A stretch of 64,000 nt of DNA. It comes from Anthoceros angustus (lineage: Eukaryota; Plantae; Anthocerotophyta). Position numbers and translations under genes: made by a program. The notes under the pieces are model-generated. The model ran no database searches and had not been told where the DNA came from. It worked only from the letters and a program-made list of their open reading frames with translations. Each line of letters opens with the position of its first letter. Within the stretch, counting starts at the first letter, position 1. Shown in pieces: positions 36,880-47,129 of this stretch. The stretch spans positions 805,884 to 869,883 of the forward strand of contig MU008180.1 of NCBI GenBank assembly GCA_010909165.1, read 5' to 3'.

Positions 36880-37850
36880 ACATTAGAATGTATGTGCACC
36901 GTCATGACGAGGGAGCACGTAAACATGTACCCCGCCACATATATATGAACGGAGAAACAGGATGTTGAGACTGAGGGTTCATCAGTCTCAACATCTCTAT
37001 TGCATAACTGCATATTCTAGTCTCCTTGGGTGGCCTTACATACAGCCATCTATCATTCTCAATCTTTAGATTTTGAGGTCCCAAACGAAGATGACCCATA
37101 ATCATCCCAAGCTTGAAGGAGACATGGTTGCGAAGATGGAGTGGAAGCAAGGGTCTTCGAGGCTTGGAAAGGATACGAAAAAATTGCTTGTAAGTCTGGA
37201 GGTTAGTGGATAAAGATACAGAGACAGGAGACGAGGTGTAGGAGAGATAGGTGGATTGCAATTCATTGTGAATCGACCTATTGGAAGGAGGAGGCAAAAA
37301 TTAGAAGTGGGGTGGGCTGGAAGACTTTCGGGACAAAAGCCAAGCTTCTCGAGCCAAGCAGAAGACTAGGCATACCAGCGAGTCTTGTGACCTAAAGAGG
37401 GAATTGGAAAGCAAGAAGGAGGTACAGGGGGAGTAGAGGTGGGCTAATTGGACTGAGCTTCCTCTAAAGAATAGAGGCGGTACCAGAAGCTAGTTAGACG
37501 AAATACAACCTCAAGCTCAAACGAGATGATCGCAAACTTTGCAAAAAAGATGGCCAAGGGGACAGACTTCTTACAAACGATATATTGCAAAAGAAAGGAT
37601 GTCTATACTTCCTCCACCTTGCTCCAATCATCTTGCGATATAGGGGCCCCAAAACTTCGTAGCATATATACTGGAAGGAACAACAACTTCGTTGAACAAT
37701 CATTGCCGAGTGTGCATGTCATGATGTGCATCCTAGAGCATTGCCTCCGAACTCCACACATTGATGCCACACCCTTGACAATGCGAGCAACAGCAGAAAG
37801 CTTGCACTGAAATCTCATGGCATGAAGAGTTCTGCTTGCACTGAAATCTC
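36880..37850 (-). mobile_element. 5'-truncated, degenerate LINE (3' part of ORF2)
   Basis: Minus-strand pieces FGAPISQDDWSKVEEV*TSFLLQYI.CKKSVPLAI, TRWYA..SAWLEKLGF, and a C-terminal CCHC-like region CQLCNRDVETDE. Confidence 0.65.
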
Positions 37851-38268
37851 ATGGCATGAAGAGTTACTTCCAGGTGAACACGTATTAAGACTGAACAATC
37901 TCAACGGGCTGACAATAATTGTGAACTGCAAATTGTGATCAATAGGACGAACATGAGCTTGATCTTCTTCAAGTTCACCTCCAAGTCACTAGCCTTACAT
38001 AAGCGAGACAATACATCGAGTTGTCGTTGAAGGCCCCCTAGATTACTTTCATCTTCTTGAACTAATTGGAATGTTTTTCTATATTAGTGCTTTTAAAGTT
38101 CCAAAATGACAAAGAAAATCATTACCTTGTTATTAAAATTATAAAACTATTTTTATTAATATTAAAGTTTCATCTTAAAAAAAAACTATTCGGGAAATGG
38201 GCGCCAAAACTCTAGCCCCCCACGCTAGCTCCTCGTATCCTTCAATCACTAGGCACGTATCATTGTAA

Positions 38269-40863
38269 ATGCAAGCTCACTTATTTCTTCACCAAGACAA
38301 AGGGTGCAAACTCAATTCAAGGGTAACTACTGTTTTGTGCAAATACATACTTATGTCTGATGAAACTCATATCTGTAGGATTGGACGTTTTGCTAGACGA
38401 GGACACACCACACGCCAGGTAGGAGGAGAGGATTGGAGGATGTTCACGCAGTTTCGTATTGTGAACATCACCTCCGGCTTGACCGCAACAGGAAGCCCAG
38501 CTCCCCAAGGAAACAAGGAGGTACCAAGGCAAGGAGGAGGCATCAGGAGCTCGGAAGGGTGGAGCGATGGCAGCGTCTTCGCTTGGACAGCCAACATTTC
38601 ACGGTACAGCAAAAATGGTCAGGTTGGCCAGGCTCTCTCAACCTACGACAAGATGCAACAGGCCGGTGTGCATCCCAACAGCCACACCTTTGTCACTCTG
38701 CTCAAAGCATGCACCAAGTCACGAGACCTGCAGCACGGCAAGCGCATTCACGCACACGCTCGAGCACATGGACTGGAATCTCATGCCTTCGTCGCGTCTG
38801 CGTTGATCACCATGTACGCAAAGTGTGGCAGCGTCGCGGACGCGCAGCAGGTGTTCGATGCCTTGCCTCGCCGTCACTTGGATATTGTGTCGTGGAATGC
38901 CATGATTGCGGCGCATGCGCAGCAACAGCAGGGATCGCAAGCCTTGCACCTTTTCCGGCTCATGCAACAACAGCCAGGGGTTACGCCAAACGCACGAACT
39001 TTTGTCAGCACTCTTCAAGCATGTGGCAGCCTTGCGCAGGAGGAGGAAGGTGCGCTGGTGGATGGCCAACAGGTTAAGCTCCACTCCCTGCTACAGGCCA
39101 GGGACATTCATGCTGCAGCCAGGAAAGGCGGATTTGATTCTCATGGCTTTGTTGCCAATACCTTACTTACAGTCTATTCCAAATGTGGCAGCATCGAGGA
39201 TGCTGAACGCGTGTTCCACACTTTGTGCCACTGCGATTTGGTGTCATGGAATGCTATGCTTGCAGCGTATGCACAGCAGCAGAACCTAGCACCCAAGGCC
39301 TTGACTCTCTTTCAGCAAATGCGACATCAGGGGGTGAGGCCAGACGCACGCTCCCTTGTAAGTGTGCTGCAAGCATGTGCTAGCATGGCGCAGAGCAGGG
39401 AGGAGGTCCTGAGGAAGGGCAGGGAAGTACATTGTGTAGCTACAGCTTGTGGCCTGGATTCTCACCTCTTTGTGGCTAACGCTTTGCTCACGATGTATGG
39501 AAAGTGTGGGAGCATCGAGGATGCCCGCCAGGTTTTTGAAACACTGCACGACCGCGACGTGGTGTCATGGACTGCCATGATCGCAGCCTATGTCCAGCAG
39601 GAGCAATCGGAAGCTGCCCTGCATGCTTTTTGGCAGATGCAAGGCGAAGGAGTTAGGCCAGATGCGAGAGCCTTTGTCACCGCTCTGCAAGCATGTGGTA
39701 ACCTCGCTGAGAAGGAGCTAGCTTCTCCTCCCTTCAACGGTCAGACTGTGAAGCCGTGGTCCCTTCAACGGGGGAAGGAGGTACATGCTGCGGCTAAAGC
39801 AAGGGGATTTGACTCAGATTCCTTTGTGGGTAATTGTTTGATTAGTATGTATGCCAAGTGTGGGAGCATCAAACATGCAGAGGACGTGTTTTATACACTG
39901 TCCAAGCGAGATGTGGTGTCGTGGACTGCTATGGTCGAAGCATATGCCCACAACGACCAAGCAGAAAAGGCATTACAATTCTATTCTCAGATGCAGGCAG
40001 GAGGCATGAAGTCCAATGAGGCAACTTTTGTTTCCGTTTTGAAGGCTTGCAGCAGTATAGGGGCGTTAGAAATGTGTGTGCGCACTCATCAAAGTATTGT
40101 GCAGAGCGGATTCGGTCACAGTCTTTGTGCTGCGAACAGTCTTATTCATGCCTACGGCAATTGTGGCAGCATGGTGGATGCACAATGTGTATTCAACTCA
40201 TTGCCTCACCCTGATGTGGTGTCATGGTCTGCACTAATTGCTGGGTATGCCCGACAAGGAGATTGTTTGACAAGTATCCAGTGCTACGAGAGCATGCGTC
40301 TGGCAGGTGTGGAACCGAATGCCGTCACATTTCTGGCTCTCTTGTCTGCATGCTGTCATGCTGGCATGGTGGATAAGGGATTGGAGAGCTTTGAAAGGAT
40401 GACCAGAGATCATGGCATGTCTCCAGGGCTGGAGCACTTTGCTTGTGTCATTGATCTCGTTGGGCGTGCAGGACTCTTCAGCAAGGCAGAAGAGCTGGTT
40501 TCGCAGATGCCAATGAAGCCTGACCTTCCGGTGTGGCTTTGCCTACTTGGTGCCTGCCGAAATTATGGAAATGTGGTACTAGGCAAGCGAGCCTTTGACG
40601 GTGCCGTGCAGTTACAACCAAGACATGCAGCTGCCTACGTTCTCATGTCCAACATCTATATGGATGCTGGCATGCAAGACTCTGCTAAGGGAATAGATGA
40701 GCTGAGGCAGGGTTTACTTGCATGGAAAAAAACCGGGCAGAGCTGGATTGAGCATGATCAGGAGGTACACACGTTTTTGGTGGGAGACTGCCTCCATCCA
40801 CAGGAGGCAGTGATATACAAATTGCTCAAACTCCTAAGCTCGCAGATCAGGAAAGATGCTTGA
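38269..40863 (+). CDS. PLS-class PPR protein with E1/E2/E+ C-terminus and no DYW domain; probable organellar RNA-editing factor; single exon, 864 aa
   Basis: Repeated MYAKCGS..A..VF / DVVSW.AMI / GV.P...TFV..L.AC motifs; E domain HFACVIDLVGRAG, PDLPVWLCLLGACR, AAAYVLMSNIY; ends KKTGQSWIE...HTFLVGDCLHP. Confidence 0.97.
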   Translation: MQAHLFLHQDKGCKLNSRVTTVLCKYILMSDETHICRIGRFARRGHTTRQVGGEDWRMFTQFRIVNITSGLTATGSPAPQGNKEVPRQGGGIRSSEGWSDGSVFAWTANISRYSKNGQVGQALSTYDKMQQAGVHPNSHTFVTLLKACTKSRDLQHGKRIHAHARAHGLESHAFVASALITMYAKCGSVADAQQVFDALPRRHLDIVSWNAMIAAHAQQQQGSQALHLFRLMQQQPGVTPNARTFVSTLQACGSLAQEEEGALVDGQQVKLHSLLQARDIHAAARKGGFDSHGFVANTLLTVYSKCGSIEDAERVFHTLCHCDLVSWNAMLAAYAQQQNLAPKALTLFQQMRHQGVRPDARSLVSVLQACASMAQSREEVLRKGREVHCVATACGLDSHLFVANALLTMYGKCGSIEDARQVFETLHDRDVVSWTAMIAAYVQQEQSEAALHAFWQMQGEGVRPDARAFVTALQACGNLAEKELASPPFNGQTVKPWSLQRGKEVHAAAKARGFDSDSFVGNCLISMYAKCGSIKHAEDVFYTLSKRDVVSWTAMVEAYAHNDQAEKALQFYSQMQAGGMKSNEATFVSVLKACSSIGALEMCVRTHQSIVQSGFGHSLCAANSLIHAYGNCGSMVDAQCVFNSLPHPDVVSWSALIAGYARQGDCLTSIQCYESMRLAGVEPNAVTFLALLSACCHAGMVDKGLESFERMTRDHGMSPGLEHFACVIDLVGRAGLFSKAEELVSQMPMKPDLPVWLCLLGACRNYGNVVLGKRAFDGAVQLQPRHAAAYVLMSNIYMDAGMQDSAKGIDELRQGLLAWKKTGQSWIEHDQEVHTFLVGDCLHPQEAVIYKLLKLLSSQIRKDA

Positions 40864-41399
40864 TTTGATTTCACATGCGAAGCTGATTATTTATGGTTGT
40901 AAGCCAAGGCCCTGCCTAGGTGGCTTTCACAAGATACAAGTGAAGTATGGACACGAATGCCAGCTGCACTGCTACGATCCCAAGTAAGATACAGGTGAAG
41001 TATGGACAGTAATGCTAGCTGGACTGCTACGATCCCGTGTTAGAGTGAGCTGCAAAATCCTCAGTCCCGTCTTCCCTGTTAGCAGTTAGCAACGTTGAGT
41101 TGCAAAATACTGGCTGTCATTCTTGCAGACCTGACAACGTGGAACTCCTCTTCTGAAGCTCAGCTGTTCAAGGACCAGATGTACAACTCTTGAAGGCTCT
41201 TCTGTAATTCTAAACACTGGAGCAGACAGATACAGTATACGTTCTCCTCCGTATGCATACCGTGCATGACTGTATGCTACAGCTGGACCTGCCAGCTGGT
41301 TGGAAGGAAGCTATGCCTTTTAGTGCTAAGAGAAACGCTTGAAGGAAGGTCTGCATCAGTGGTTTGCTGTATGTGCGAAATCATGTATATGGAATGAAG

Positions 41400-42200
41400 A
41401 CTTAAGTGTACTCGGAATCTGAGAGTACAGCGGCCACCATGGTCCCTGTCAATCTGGGAAGGTTGGCCAGAACTTGTCTATCGCAAGGTGTGGAAACAGA
41501 TGTGATTGAGATTTCACTTGAGCACCTCAACCGATGCGACAATCAGGTAGAGCGGGATGACCATATCTCAGCGGCAGTCTCAAGGTGTGTGCCTCTGCAA
41601 AGGACCTGGTTTGCAGAAAGGAGGTGCAAGCCGACGTCCAGGCCGGTACCGGTGCTCTCAAGGCTCATCTATCTGTTGGCAACAGCCTGGTGAGTTCCAT
41701 GCTAAATGTTGCAGCTTGGATGAGGCTGGAAGTTTTTGACACCGTGTCCAGGAGAGATGTGGTGCTTTGGAATCCCATGTTCGTAGGAGCTACTGAGCAG
41801 GGCCTCTGCCACCCTAGTTCTGTATGCAAGAACGTAAGTTGAGGTTAATCGCTACAGCCGACTGTGTCACTTTGTTTGCCTTCTGCAGGCATATGCGAAT
41901 GTAGGTGCATCACAACAGGAAAAGCAGGTGCTGTGACGTGCTAGGGGCAGGGAAGGTGACGTCTGCATCCGCAGCTGCTTGGTGGACATGTGTTCGGAGA
42001 TGTGGTTGGTTGGATGATGCTCTGAGATCTCTGTTCAACAGCTTGTCCAGGAGAGGTTTGCTGACATGGACTGCCATGATTGCAGGGTAAAATCAACAGG
42101 GATTCGGTACATCAACCTCGGGCGTGGTATGCAAGAACTCAACTCCAAGCCATTACTCCAGCGAATCATGGGTGCTTGCAAAACTTGTTCAAGTTTGGAG
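41400..42200 (+). pseudogene. Degraded PLS-PPR relic
   Basis: Frameshifted PPR fragments HLSVGNSLV, AKCCSLDEA, FDTVSRRDVVLWN, CGWLDDA..LFNSLSRR..TWTAMIAG*. Confidence 0.75.
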
Positions 42201-42663
42201 CCTTGTAACCGGGGAAGCAGATCGGGAAAGGCTTCACCGTTCCACCTTAGACGAGTAGCCCAATCTCGACCTAAACTGTGAGCACAGGTTTCCCGTGACC
42301 TTATCTCCTAGTGTCCGACCTATACAGCGCATCAAAGATTGGCTCAAATGTGAGTGGGACATGGGTTTAATGAAACGAGCAGACCTAATAGGTATCCAAG
42401 CGCATCACTACTATGAGCAATTTCTTAATCAAGAAATTAGCACCGGCATAGAGTAGATTCTAAGTTTGGAGTGTAGCATATACCAGATTCGGAGCTTGCT
42501 TGAAGTGCTCGCACCCCTATATATAATGATGTAGGATGGCTTTGTAAGAGTATGACTAGTCGTGTTCACATAATATTTGCTCGTACTAAAATATTTTATG
42601 TACAACTTTTTATTGTGGTCATTCTAGTTTGTACGTATTGTTTGTCTCGAGCCTTAGAGTAAC

Positions 42664-44139
42664 ATGGCCAACAATGTGGAAGGCAGTAGGGTGCAAGAAG
42701 GGGACCAAGATGAGGAGAGACTATCTCTTCTAGTTGTTTTTGTGGAAAATAAAGCTGAAGGCGCTAGGGCATCAAAGAAAGATGACATGGATGCTGCTTT
42801 GTGGAGTAGATTGCCAACTGATATCTTGACGCATGCTATGGCATTAAAAAAAGATGACATGGACGCTGCTTTGTGGAGTACGTTGCCAAATGATATCTTG
42901 ACGCATGTGCTTACTCGAGAACTACCTGTCAACAGTTGCTTGCGGTTTCGATGTGTTTGTAAGGAGTGGAGACACATGCTCTCGGGTTCTAACTTCAAAA
43001 GAACCATGTTATGTGGTTTGCATTATTCTACTTGTCGTAAAAATACTTCTAGAGTTGAAAGGTCTTCACGTCTCATAAAGGAGGCGGAGAGAATGTCATC
43101 CTTGCTTTACGCTCCAGGATCGATTATGAAAATGCACATGCACGAGATAAGCCTGTGTTTCCTACCTCCTATGAATTATAAGCTTTTGAGCTCGGATAAG
43201 GGTTTGCTCCTATTAGAAGGAACGGAGAATAACTATGATTGGAAAAATCATCAGGATGTTTCCGATTGGGAAGATTTTCTTATCAAAAGACATTTATTTG
43301 TTTGCAATCCCTTGACCAAGTCATGGAAGCAGTTGCCTCCATTACCGGAAGTGAAAATCGAGGGAAACTTAAATTCTCCTTATACGGAAACCGATATTGG
43401 TTTGAACTCCATACAAGTGGATGCAACTACTAAAGCATACCAAGTTATGCACATGCAAGAACTTCTAGAATTGCGACGTATAGTATTGTTCCTTTATGAT
43501 TCAGAATACTCATCTTGGAAATATTGGGAGCATGTATTGGATGAGGATGAGGATGAAGATTATTCTTGCAAATTTCTTTTTTACGAAGGGGATATTATTG
43601 CTCTCAAGCGAAATTATACTACCGAAAGCTTCGAGACCTGGTCGGTGAAGGGGGGAGCCACGTTTCGTTACCTGGACATGCCTAACTATAGGCCATCAAA
43701 TTGTACTAAGTATTTCTGTGTGGAACAACAAGGTGATCATGTCATTGCAGCGGGTGCGCTTGAGGATGATTTTGGAGTAGGGATTTGGAAGCTCAGTCAT
43801 AAGTGGAGAGAATGGAACCTTGTATCCACCATTAAGTTCGAGGGTCGACTCTACCATCCCAAAAGACACTCACACATTGCTAGTAAGAGGGAGTTTTCTT
43901 TTCAAATGATGTGTGCTGTGGGAGATGTCATCTTCATCAAATTTCTTGTAAAGTGGGATTCGGATCCATCTTTCCCTCAGGCTCACTTATGGCCAAACAA
44001 GGAGACAGAAGGGTTCTTTGTCTTCTATACCAACACTCAGACTTGGTCTCTAAATTGGCCAGCTAAACATTGCTGTACATTGCCATTTTTTCGCCCTCCA
44101 GTTTGGTTTGAGCCTAATCTACTAGTGTCCCAGGTGTGA
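42664..44139 (+). CDS. F-box protein with kelch-like/beta-propeller C-terminal region, single exon, 491 aa
   Basis: LWSTLPNDILTHVLTRELPVNSCLRFRCVCKEWR F-box; LFVCNPLTKSWKQLPPLP; C-terminal FEPNL. Confidence 0.9.
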   Translation: MANNVEGSRVQEGDQDEERLSLLVVFVENKAEGARASKKDDMDAALWSRLPTDILTHAMALKKDDMDAALWSTLPNDILTHVLTRELPVNSCLRFRCVCKEWRHMLSGSNFKRTMLCGLHYSTCRKNTSRVERSSRLIKEAERMSSLLYAPGSIMKMHMHEISLCFLPPMNYKLLSSDKGLLLLEGTENNYDWKNHQDVSDWEDFLIKRHLFVCNPLTKSWKQLPPLPEVKIEGNLNSPYTETDIGLNSIQVDATTKAYQVMHMQELLELRRIVLFLYDSEYSSWKYWEHVLDEDEDEDYSCKFLFYEGDIIALKRNYTTESFETWSVKGGATFRYLDMPNYRPSNCTKYFCVEQQGDHVIAAGALEDDFGVGIWKLSHKWREWNLVSTIKFEGRLYHPKRHSHIASKREFSFQMMCAVGDVIFIKFLVKWDSDPSFPQAHLWPNKETEGFFVFYTNTQTWSLNWPAKHCCTLPFFRPPVWFEPNLLVSQV

Positions 44140-44934
44140 CAAATATACAGGGTACTAGTTCAACAAGATGCAAGCTTAGCAAAAGAGAACCCACCTTGCT
44201 AGTTGCTCAACTTGGCTTTTATTCCATTGTTGTTATGGGTGTTAAAATTGAGTCGTCGTTTAGGAGTTCTTCTCACAGCTCAAGTGGTTATATATGTTTT
44301 TCTTATTAGTTTGTAAGTTATTTTATTTTTATGTACCTAAAACATTATTGCTATCTGGGAAGGGTTCATATCCAACTAAATTGGTCTGCAATTTTAATAT
44401 TAATGCAGGAAATCAAACCAATGTAACCTGTCGAAAATGATTATTCATGTTTATGACACGTTTTCATTTTCAAATTGCATTCGTTCAATCTATACATATA
44501 GTTCGCAGTTAAACTATGTATGAACAAACTTATCGTTACAACATTGTGAAGCTGGTGTTGGCGAAGCATCTTGGAGCGATCAGTGTTGTATATATATCGC
44601 TTATAGATTGTCATCAAATATGACTGAATTTGAAGGAGGAAATACTAATTAAGTCAGAATAGTGTTTGAAATAGAAATGCACCTTTTGTTTTAAATTTAC
44701 ATGAATCTCAAAATTTACTAAGTAGTTTGTTAAATTTTCGAAACTTCCAAGATACTTATTTGAGAAGCTTGTACTATGCTATGGGTGATGTCATCCGTGA
44801 GTGTGCAGATGCACGTCCATTTGTGTAAGAGCTGGAGTAAACACATGTGCCTGGATCTGGTACTAAACGTCAACTAGTCAAAAAGAAGAATTGCCTGTTC
44901 TTCTTCTCATCCTGCAATTATTACTCATTCGGAA

Positions 44935-45135
44935 ACTCGTACTCTACAAACTTCGCTCTCCAAACTCGCTCTGCAAACAAACTTAGCTTTGCAAACAACC
45001 TGCAAACTTCACTCTGCAAACTTCGCTCCGTAAACCTCGCCAAACTTCGCGCGCTCGGCAAACTTTCGCTTTGCAAACTTCACTCTGCAAATTTTGCGTC
45101 TTGTGCTACAAACTTCAAACCCTAAACCCTAACTT
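44935..45135. repeat. Degenerate ~12-14-bp tandem array (aaacttcgctctgc-like) ending in aaaccctaaaccctaa
   Basis: About a dozen aaactt(c/t)(g/a)c variants read directly; typical of transposon subterminal DNA. Confidence 0.7.
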
Positions 45136-45663
45136 CTTGAAACGTCCCTCACAGACCTTACCTAAAACCATATCAATTTGCTTTTCAATGCATCTATTTA
45201 TTAAACGCACTGCACCCCTTGCATAACAATCCATCATAGAGCACAAACATGCTAAATCAACGCAAAAAGATATAACCTTGCCCTTGCGTGACTATTTTTT
45301 TATATTTTATTTAATAAATTTCATTCCACTAATGTTTTTTGACCTTGAAGTGTAGGGATGTCGCTCGACCACTGTACCTAGTGATTTCTCGAGTGCAACC
45401 CCCAGTACTCCAGTCAAAAGCTGCCTCTCGCTTGTGGCCTGGAACACCGAAAAACTAGAGTAGCAAGGTTAACAAGATTAAAACACCACTCCCGACAACC
45501 CTATGCCAATCATGACATGATTCTTAGAATACCTGGACGATGAGCAAGGTAGCCACACAGGCATCCATGAAGTCGGACATTTATAACTTCATGTCGATCA
45601 TGCCATAAGGTTGCTCCACACAAGCTTAGGCTAAGCGCTTTTGTACTTGAATCAGTTGCAGGC

Positions 45664-47002
45664 GCATGCTACTGTACAGGTTATCCCTGCAACAAGCATT
45701 GCCATCGAATCTCTTTCATTTGACTGAAATGCTAGGGAAATCTCAGGAGGCAACAGTGCAACCGCTTCAACGCCCATAGCAGCAGCTGTCCATCCCACTT
45801 CGACGCGCTTGGTACTTTTAGGTACGTCAACCGTAAATTCTAGAACTCGGATATTGATAGAAATTGGGACGATATTTTTTAATCAGAGTATACTTTTTTG
45901 TTTACAAGGATGTCTTAGTCAGTTTTTTATCATGAAATTGAAGAAGATCTCTTCTCGTATTGTCTGGTAAATAGTCTTCCTTGCTGAGAAGCTTCGAGCA
46001 ATATCAAAGTGGTGTTATTATTATTTTTGGTTCACATTATGTTGGTGCAGCAAAAAAGCTATATTCGGTTAAGCTTGTCTACATTTAAAGAGACTATTTG
46101 ATAGGCTTGTCTTTGTATAAAATGTAAGTAGGGCATGTGTCACATGCATGGATTTTACGTAGAGATAGGTTTGTTTGTTGGTTCTTTTTTTTTGGCACGC
46201 TTTTCATGTTTTTCTTGTATTCCTCGTGTACTTTTCTTGGCAACTCGAAAAACTTTTTTATTGGCAACTTGGCCTTGATTTTCTTAGTCGACCATCGACG
46301 TCACCAGCCACTCGCCGCAAGAACGCATCCAACTACTGAGAGTGGACATGTGCCAAGCACCGAAAGCGATCCAACCGAATTAAGAACAAAATCTACGACC
46401 AAATACAAGATAGGATAGAGCATGAAAATGGTAGCCTTCCTCAACCAGGAGAGCAAGAAGACAACGAACAGAAACTAAAGGGTATTATCTTTGCAGTCGA
46501 TGTTTTGTTGCACTTCCTTGCTAATTAAGTTGCAGCTACATCCTATAATTTCAATTCCATATTTTTGTAAACAACCTCGAATTTAAGTAGAAAACTATGG
46601 AGCCACGCATTGATGACTTCATGGGAGGAAGTCGTCTTCATGACGACCCCAAAAGACTTGTTAGTCAAACAGTTGACGCAATTGTTTTTGGAGGTGATGA
46701 AAATTACACCAAGGCTGAGATTGACACTGAGGACGAGGGTCGAAGTTGCGACGAGAAATTTCAAAGAACTGCATGGGCAAATGCCATTCGCATCCGCTTG
46801 ATTTGTATCGGGGATGCAGGCATGCTGATGTACAGGTTGTCCCTGCAACACGCATTGCCATGAAATCTCTTCCATTTGACTGAGATACTGGAGAAATCCT
46901 TGGAGGCAACGATGGAACCACTTCACCGCCCATAGCAGCAACTGTCGATCCCAGTTCGAAAGGTCGGTAGTTTTAGGTCAAGCAACCGTAAATTCTAGAA
47001 CT
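45664..47002 (+). repeat. A-B2-A' structure: ~185-bp direct repeats (45664-45847, 46820-47002) flanking the kinase 3'-end copy B2 (45853-46815)
   Basis: gcatgct..tgtacaggtt.tccctgcaaca ... aaccgtaaattctagaact present twice. Confidence 0.85.
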
Positions 47003-47129
47003 GCAAGCTTCGAAAGGGTCTCATCTCCATCTGTCAATGCCTGCATGTGAAGAAGGGTGAGCCGGGCTAATGAAGTCGGTTGAGCGGGATGACCATATCT
47101 CAGTCGTAGTCTCAACCCTACTAGAAAGG

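Noticed and set aside
37800-37867. 34-bp tandem duplication at the LINE 5' truncation point, considered as a target-site duplication
   Set aside because: The copies are adjacent rather than flanking the element.
45115-45132. aaaccctaaaccctaa telomere-like repeat
   Set aside because: Only about two units; common in plant promoters and TEs, and not evidence of a chromosome end or fusion.
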